Under the pieces are notes generated by a model. That model made no database searches. It was given only the letters and a program-made list of their open reading frames with translations, and was not told the origin of the DNA. From positions 1,892 through 65,891 of the forward strand of contig JAGYLD010000005.1 of NCBI GenBank assembly GCA_018401355.1: a DNA stretch of 64,000 nt, in the 5' to 3' direction. Positions within the stretch are counted from its first letter, which is position 1. Each line of letters begins with the position of its first letter. Position numbers and translations under genes: made by a program. Positions 61,199 through 64,000 of the stretch are shown here, piece after piece. The stretch is from Bacteroidales bacterium. Its GTDB lineage: Bacteria; Bacteroidota; Bacteroidia; Bacteroidales; B18-G4.

Positions 61199-63454
61199 TT
61201 ATATGGAAAAATCAGCACGGTCGATCCGTTTCACTGTCTGAATTTCACGTATTTCCTTTAGGTTATCTATTAATTGGGTTAATGTTTTGTTATCATGGAC
61301 ATAAAGCATAATGAGTCCGGTTGTCACTCCTTCACTTGTATCCATCCGGAATGACCGGATTCCAATATCATGCTTATCAGTTATGATTTCAGAAATTTGT
61401 CTGACCAGGCCCTTGCGGTCTATTCCTTTGATGGCTATCCCTGTGAGAAATCCCAGAGCTTCATTGGTTTTCCATTTTGCTTTAACAATGCGATTCCCAT
61501 ATCTCGACATATTATTGATGGCCGTGGGGCAATTTGTCCTGTGTATCTCAATATTCCCGTTGGGAAGCAGGAAACCCACCACATCGTCACCCGGAATCGG
61601 ATTACAACATTTAGAAACAGTATACTTTACTTCTTCAACTTCATCTCCAAGCATCAATGATTCAGGCATTTTCTTCAATTGGTCTATAATGGTTTCATTC
61701 AATGTTTTTTTATTGTCAGAAGATCTGGATTTTGAGAAAGGCCTGCTTATGTACCTGAACCAACCGCCTTTATCATCATTCAGGGATCCGAAATCTTTTA
61801 CATCCTTATTTTTTATCTTTCCACTATATGCATCATAGAATAGGTCAAGCTTACTTTTCAGCTTAAGATACTTTTTAAACTCTTCGGCCATTTCGGGACT
61901 AAAATCCAAACCAGCCTGGGCAAACAAATTATTCAGTATCTCTTTTCCTTCCTCAGCGTGGTCTTTTTTTTCCTCTTTTATGGCATATTTGATCTTTGAA
62001 CGAGCCCTGGCAGTAACCGTAAAATCCAGCCATTCCTCTTTGGGTTTTTGCTTTTTTGATGTTATGATCTCTACCTGGTCACCACTTTTAAGTTTATGGT
62101 TCAGGGGAACAAGATTATAATTGACCTTTGCTCCAATGGCCTGGCTCCCGATCTGAGAATGAACATTATACGCAAAATCAATTATGGTAGCGCCGAGTGG
62201 CAGATTCTTCATTTCTCCTTTTGGTGTGTAGGCAAAAATTTCATCTGTAAAAAGATTCAACTTAAAATCACTCAGGAAGTCCAGTGCATTTGAATCCTCC
62301 TGGCTGAGCAAATCCCTAATTTTGTTAAGCCATTCATCCAAACTACTTTCAGAGTCATTCTCATGATTGTCTTTGTATTTCCAATGAGCAGCATACCCTT
62401 TCTCAGCTACTTCATCCATCCTCTCACTCCTTATTTGAATCTCGACCCACTTGCCTGTTTGGCTCATTACAGTGGTATGCAGTGCCTCATATCCATTTGC
62501 TTTTGGGATTGATATCCAATCACGCAATCTCTTTAAATTGGGTTTATAGAAATCTGTTATTATAGAATATACCTTCCAGCATTCAACCTTTTCTCTTTCC
62601 TGAGGGACATCAATAATCACCCTGATGGCGAAGATATCATAGACCTCTTCAAAAGGAATCCCCTTTTGTTTCATCTTCTCCCAAATAGAATACACACTTT
62701 TTTCCCTTGCAATAATCTTAAAGTCAATCCCGGTGTCTGCAATGGCCTTTTTAATGGGGAAAATGAATTTGTTAATAAACTTTTTTCTTTCTTCTTTTGA
62801 CTCAGCCATTTTCTGGCTAATGGTCTTATAAACTTCCGGATCAGTATATTTTAGTGACAAGTCTTCAAGCTCGCTTTTTATGGAATATAAGCCCAATCGG
62901 TGGGCAAGTGGCGCAAATAAGTATATGGTTTCCGAAGCAATCTTCAGCCGCTTTTCTAAAGGTAAAGCGCCAAGGGTTCTCATATTATGAAGCCTGTCAG
63001 CCAATTTTATGAGGATAACCCTGACATCATCGGCCAGGGTAAGAAGCATTTTCTTAAAATTCTCTGCCTGTGGCGTGGTATTGGTTTGGTCAAATATCTC
63101 ATCAATTTTTGTCAATCCATCAATGATCGTGGCAACTTTATCGCCGAACATACCACGGATATCATCCAGCTTATAATCAGTATCTTCAACAACATCATGA
63201 AGCAAGGCACATACGATGGAAGTTTTGCCCAGACCAATTTCACCGGCAATAATTCGTGCAACCTCAAGTGGGTGATAAATATATGGCTCACCGCTCTTCC
63301 TGCGCATATCTTTATGAGCATCTGCAGCCAGGTTAAAGGCTTTTCTCACCAGTTGGCGGTCCTCCGGACTTCTCCTGGTGGTCCATGCACTTAAAAGATT
63401 ACGGTAACGCCGGATTATCTCAGATTTTTCCTTTTCTGTATCAATTTGGTACAT
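61199..63454 (-). CDS. bifunctional RelA/SpoT-homolog (p)ppGpp synthetase/hydrolase
   Basis: HD hydrolase domain (...YIYHPLEVARI...HDVVEDT), synthetase domain (...YEALHTTV...EIQIRS), TGS and ACT domains. Confidence 0.93.
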   Translation of the reverse strand: MYQIDTEKEKSEIIRRYRNLLSAWTTRRSPEDRQLVRKAFNLAADAHKDMRRKSGEPYIYHPLEVARIIAGEIGLGKTSIVCALLHDVVEDTDYKLDDIRGMFGDKVATIIDGLTKIDEIFDQTNTTPQAENFKKMLLTLADDVRVILIKLADRLHNMRTLGALPLEKRLKIASETIYLFAPLAHRLGLYSIKSELEDLSLKYTDPEVYKTISQKMAESKEERKKFINKFIFPIKKAIADTGIDFKIIAREKSVYSIWEKMKQKGIPFEEVYDIFAIRVIIDVPQEREKVECWKVYSIITDFYKPNLKRLRDWISIPKANGYEALHTTVMSQTGKWVEIQIRSERMDEVAEKGYAAHWKYKDNHENDSESSLDEWLNKIRDLLSQEDSNALDFLSDFKLNLFTDEIFAYTPKGEMKNLPLGATIIDFAYNVHSQIGSQAIGAKVNYNLVPLNHKLKSGDQVEIITSKKQKPKEEWLDFTVTARARSKIKYAIKEEKKDHAEEGKEILNNLFAQAGLDFSPEMAEEFKKYLKLKSKLDLFYDAYSGKIKNKDVKDFGSLNDDKGGWFRYISRPFSKSRSSDNKKTLNETIIDQLKKMPESLMLGDEVEEVKYTVSKCCNPIPGDDVVGFLLPNGNIEIHRTNCPTAINNMSRYGNRIVKAKWKTNEALGFLTGIAIKGIDRKGLVRQISEIITDKHDIGIRSFRMDTSEGVTTGLIMLYVHDNKTLTQLIDNLKEIREIQTVKRIDRADFSI

Positions 63455-63537
63455 TCAGAGCCCTTTGATTCTTTATACAAACAAAATTACATTAAAATTT
63501 AACAATTCTCCGTTTTATCAAGTTCAATAATAAGTAT

Positions 63538-63545
63538 TAACTTTG
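63538..63545 (+). promoter_or_regulatory. candidate -7 promoter box (TAnnTTTG) for the right-edge surface-protein gene
   Basis: taactttg matches TAnnTTTG, 25 nt upstream of the ATG at 63571. Confidence 0.3.
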
Positions 63546-63570
63546 AATACAGATATTCCAGGATGGACGG

Positions 63571-64000
63571 ATGAAAACTACGATCAAACTGCTTATAATC
63601 CTATTCTTCTTACCAACTTCTTTGCTGGCAACCCATCAAAGAGCCGGTGAAATTACTTTAAAACATGTCAGTGGCTTAACTTATGAAGTAACGATTATAA
63701 CATATACCTATACACCCAGTCCGGCCGACCGCCCTGAACTTGATATTAACTGGGGAGACGGGTCTTACAGCACTATTTTCCGGACTCAAAAAATAAATCT
63801 TCCCAACCAGATAAGCCTGAATGTATATCAATATCTTCCTGAAAATCCAAGCTTTAACCCAGACGCCAGGCATACCTACAGTTCACCTGGAACTTACACT
63901 ATATGGCTGGAGGACCCCAACAGAAACGCTGGTATCCAAAACATTCCCAATTCAGTAAACATCCCCTTGTATATTGACACTGAGCTGGTTATAAACCCAT
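63571..64000 (+). CDS. secreted surface protein, 5' part (N-terminus resembles gliding-motility-associated / T9SS type-B-sorted proteins); ORF runs off the right edge
   Basis: Hand translation gives MKTTIKLLIILFFLPTSLLATHQRAGEITLKHVSGLTYEVTIITYTYTP...INWGDGS..., open to the window end. It is not in the ORF track because no stop is reached. Confidence 0.5.
   Translation, partial: MKTTIKLLIILFFLPTSLLATHQRAGEITLKHVSGLTYEVTIITYTYTPSPADRPELDINWGDGSYSTIFRTQKINLPNQISLNVYQYLPENPSFNPDARHTYSSPGTYTIWLEDPNRNAGIQNIPNSVNIPLYIDTELVINP

Overview
This window looks like about 64 kb of core chromosome from a Bacteroidota bacterium. Taxon clues are TTTG-N19-TAnnTTTG promoter motifs, the DUF6089-uppS-bamA-skp-skp envelope cluster, a DUF2723 protein, and a gliding/T9SS-type surface protein at the right edge. 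Most of it is tightly packed housekeeping genes: proS, lpxK, a purine nucleoside phosphorylase, alr, gap, dsbD, tilS, korAB, sucAB, nadB, nadK, rsgA, dprA, lgt, tRNA-Gln, rimP-nusA-infB, purA, fur and a RelA/SpoT homolog. I found no CRISPR array, transposase, integrase, phage gene or recognisable defence system, so I cannot point to a clear novel multi-gene system. The points worth a second look are as follows. (1) A lipoprotein made of three extreme low-complexity blocks sits directly upstream of a FadL/PorV-like barrel. (2) Three consecutive minus-strand genes (secreted protein, MarR-like regulator, Na+/solute symporter) are riddled with frameshifts, upstream of an intact GNAT / M20D amidohydrolase / alanine racemase / second racemase operon. 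(3) A clostridial-type 2x[4Fe-4S] ferredoxin gene broken by at least four frameshifts lies between divergent korAB and sucAB. (4) A T-run indel puts the canonical sucA start codon out of frame. (5) A TlpA-like protein has lost its CxxC motif. (6) A strong terminator hairpin lies between tRNA-Gln and rimP-nusA-infB, ending 8 nt before the rimP start. The frameshift observations could be assembly or sequencing errors, and only read-level data can decide.
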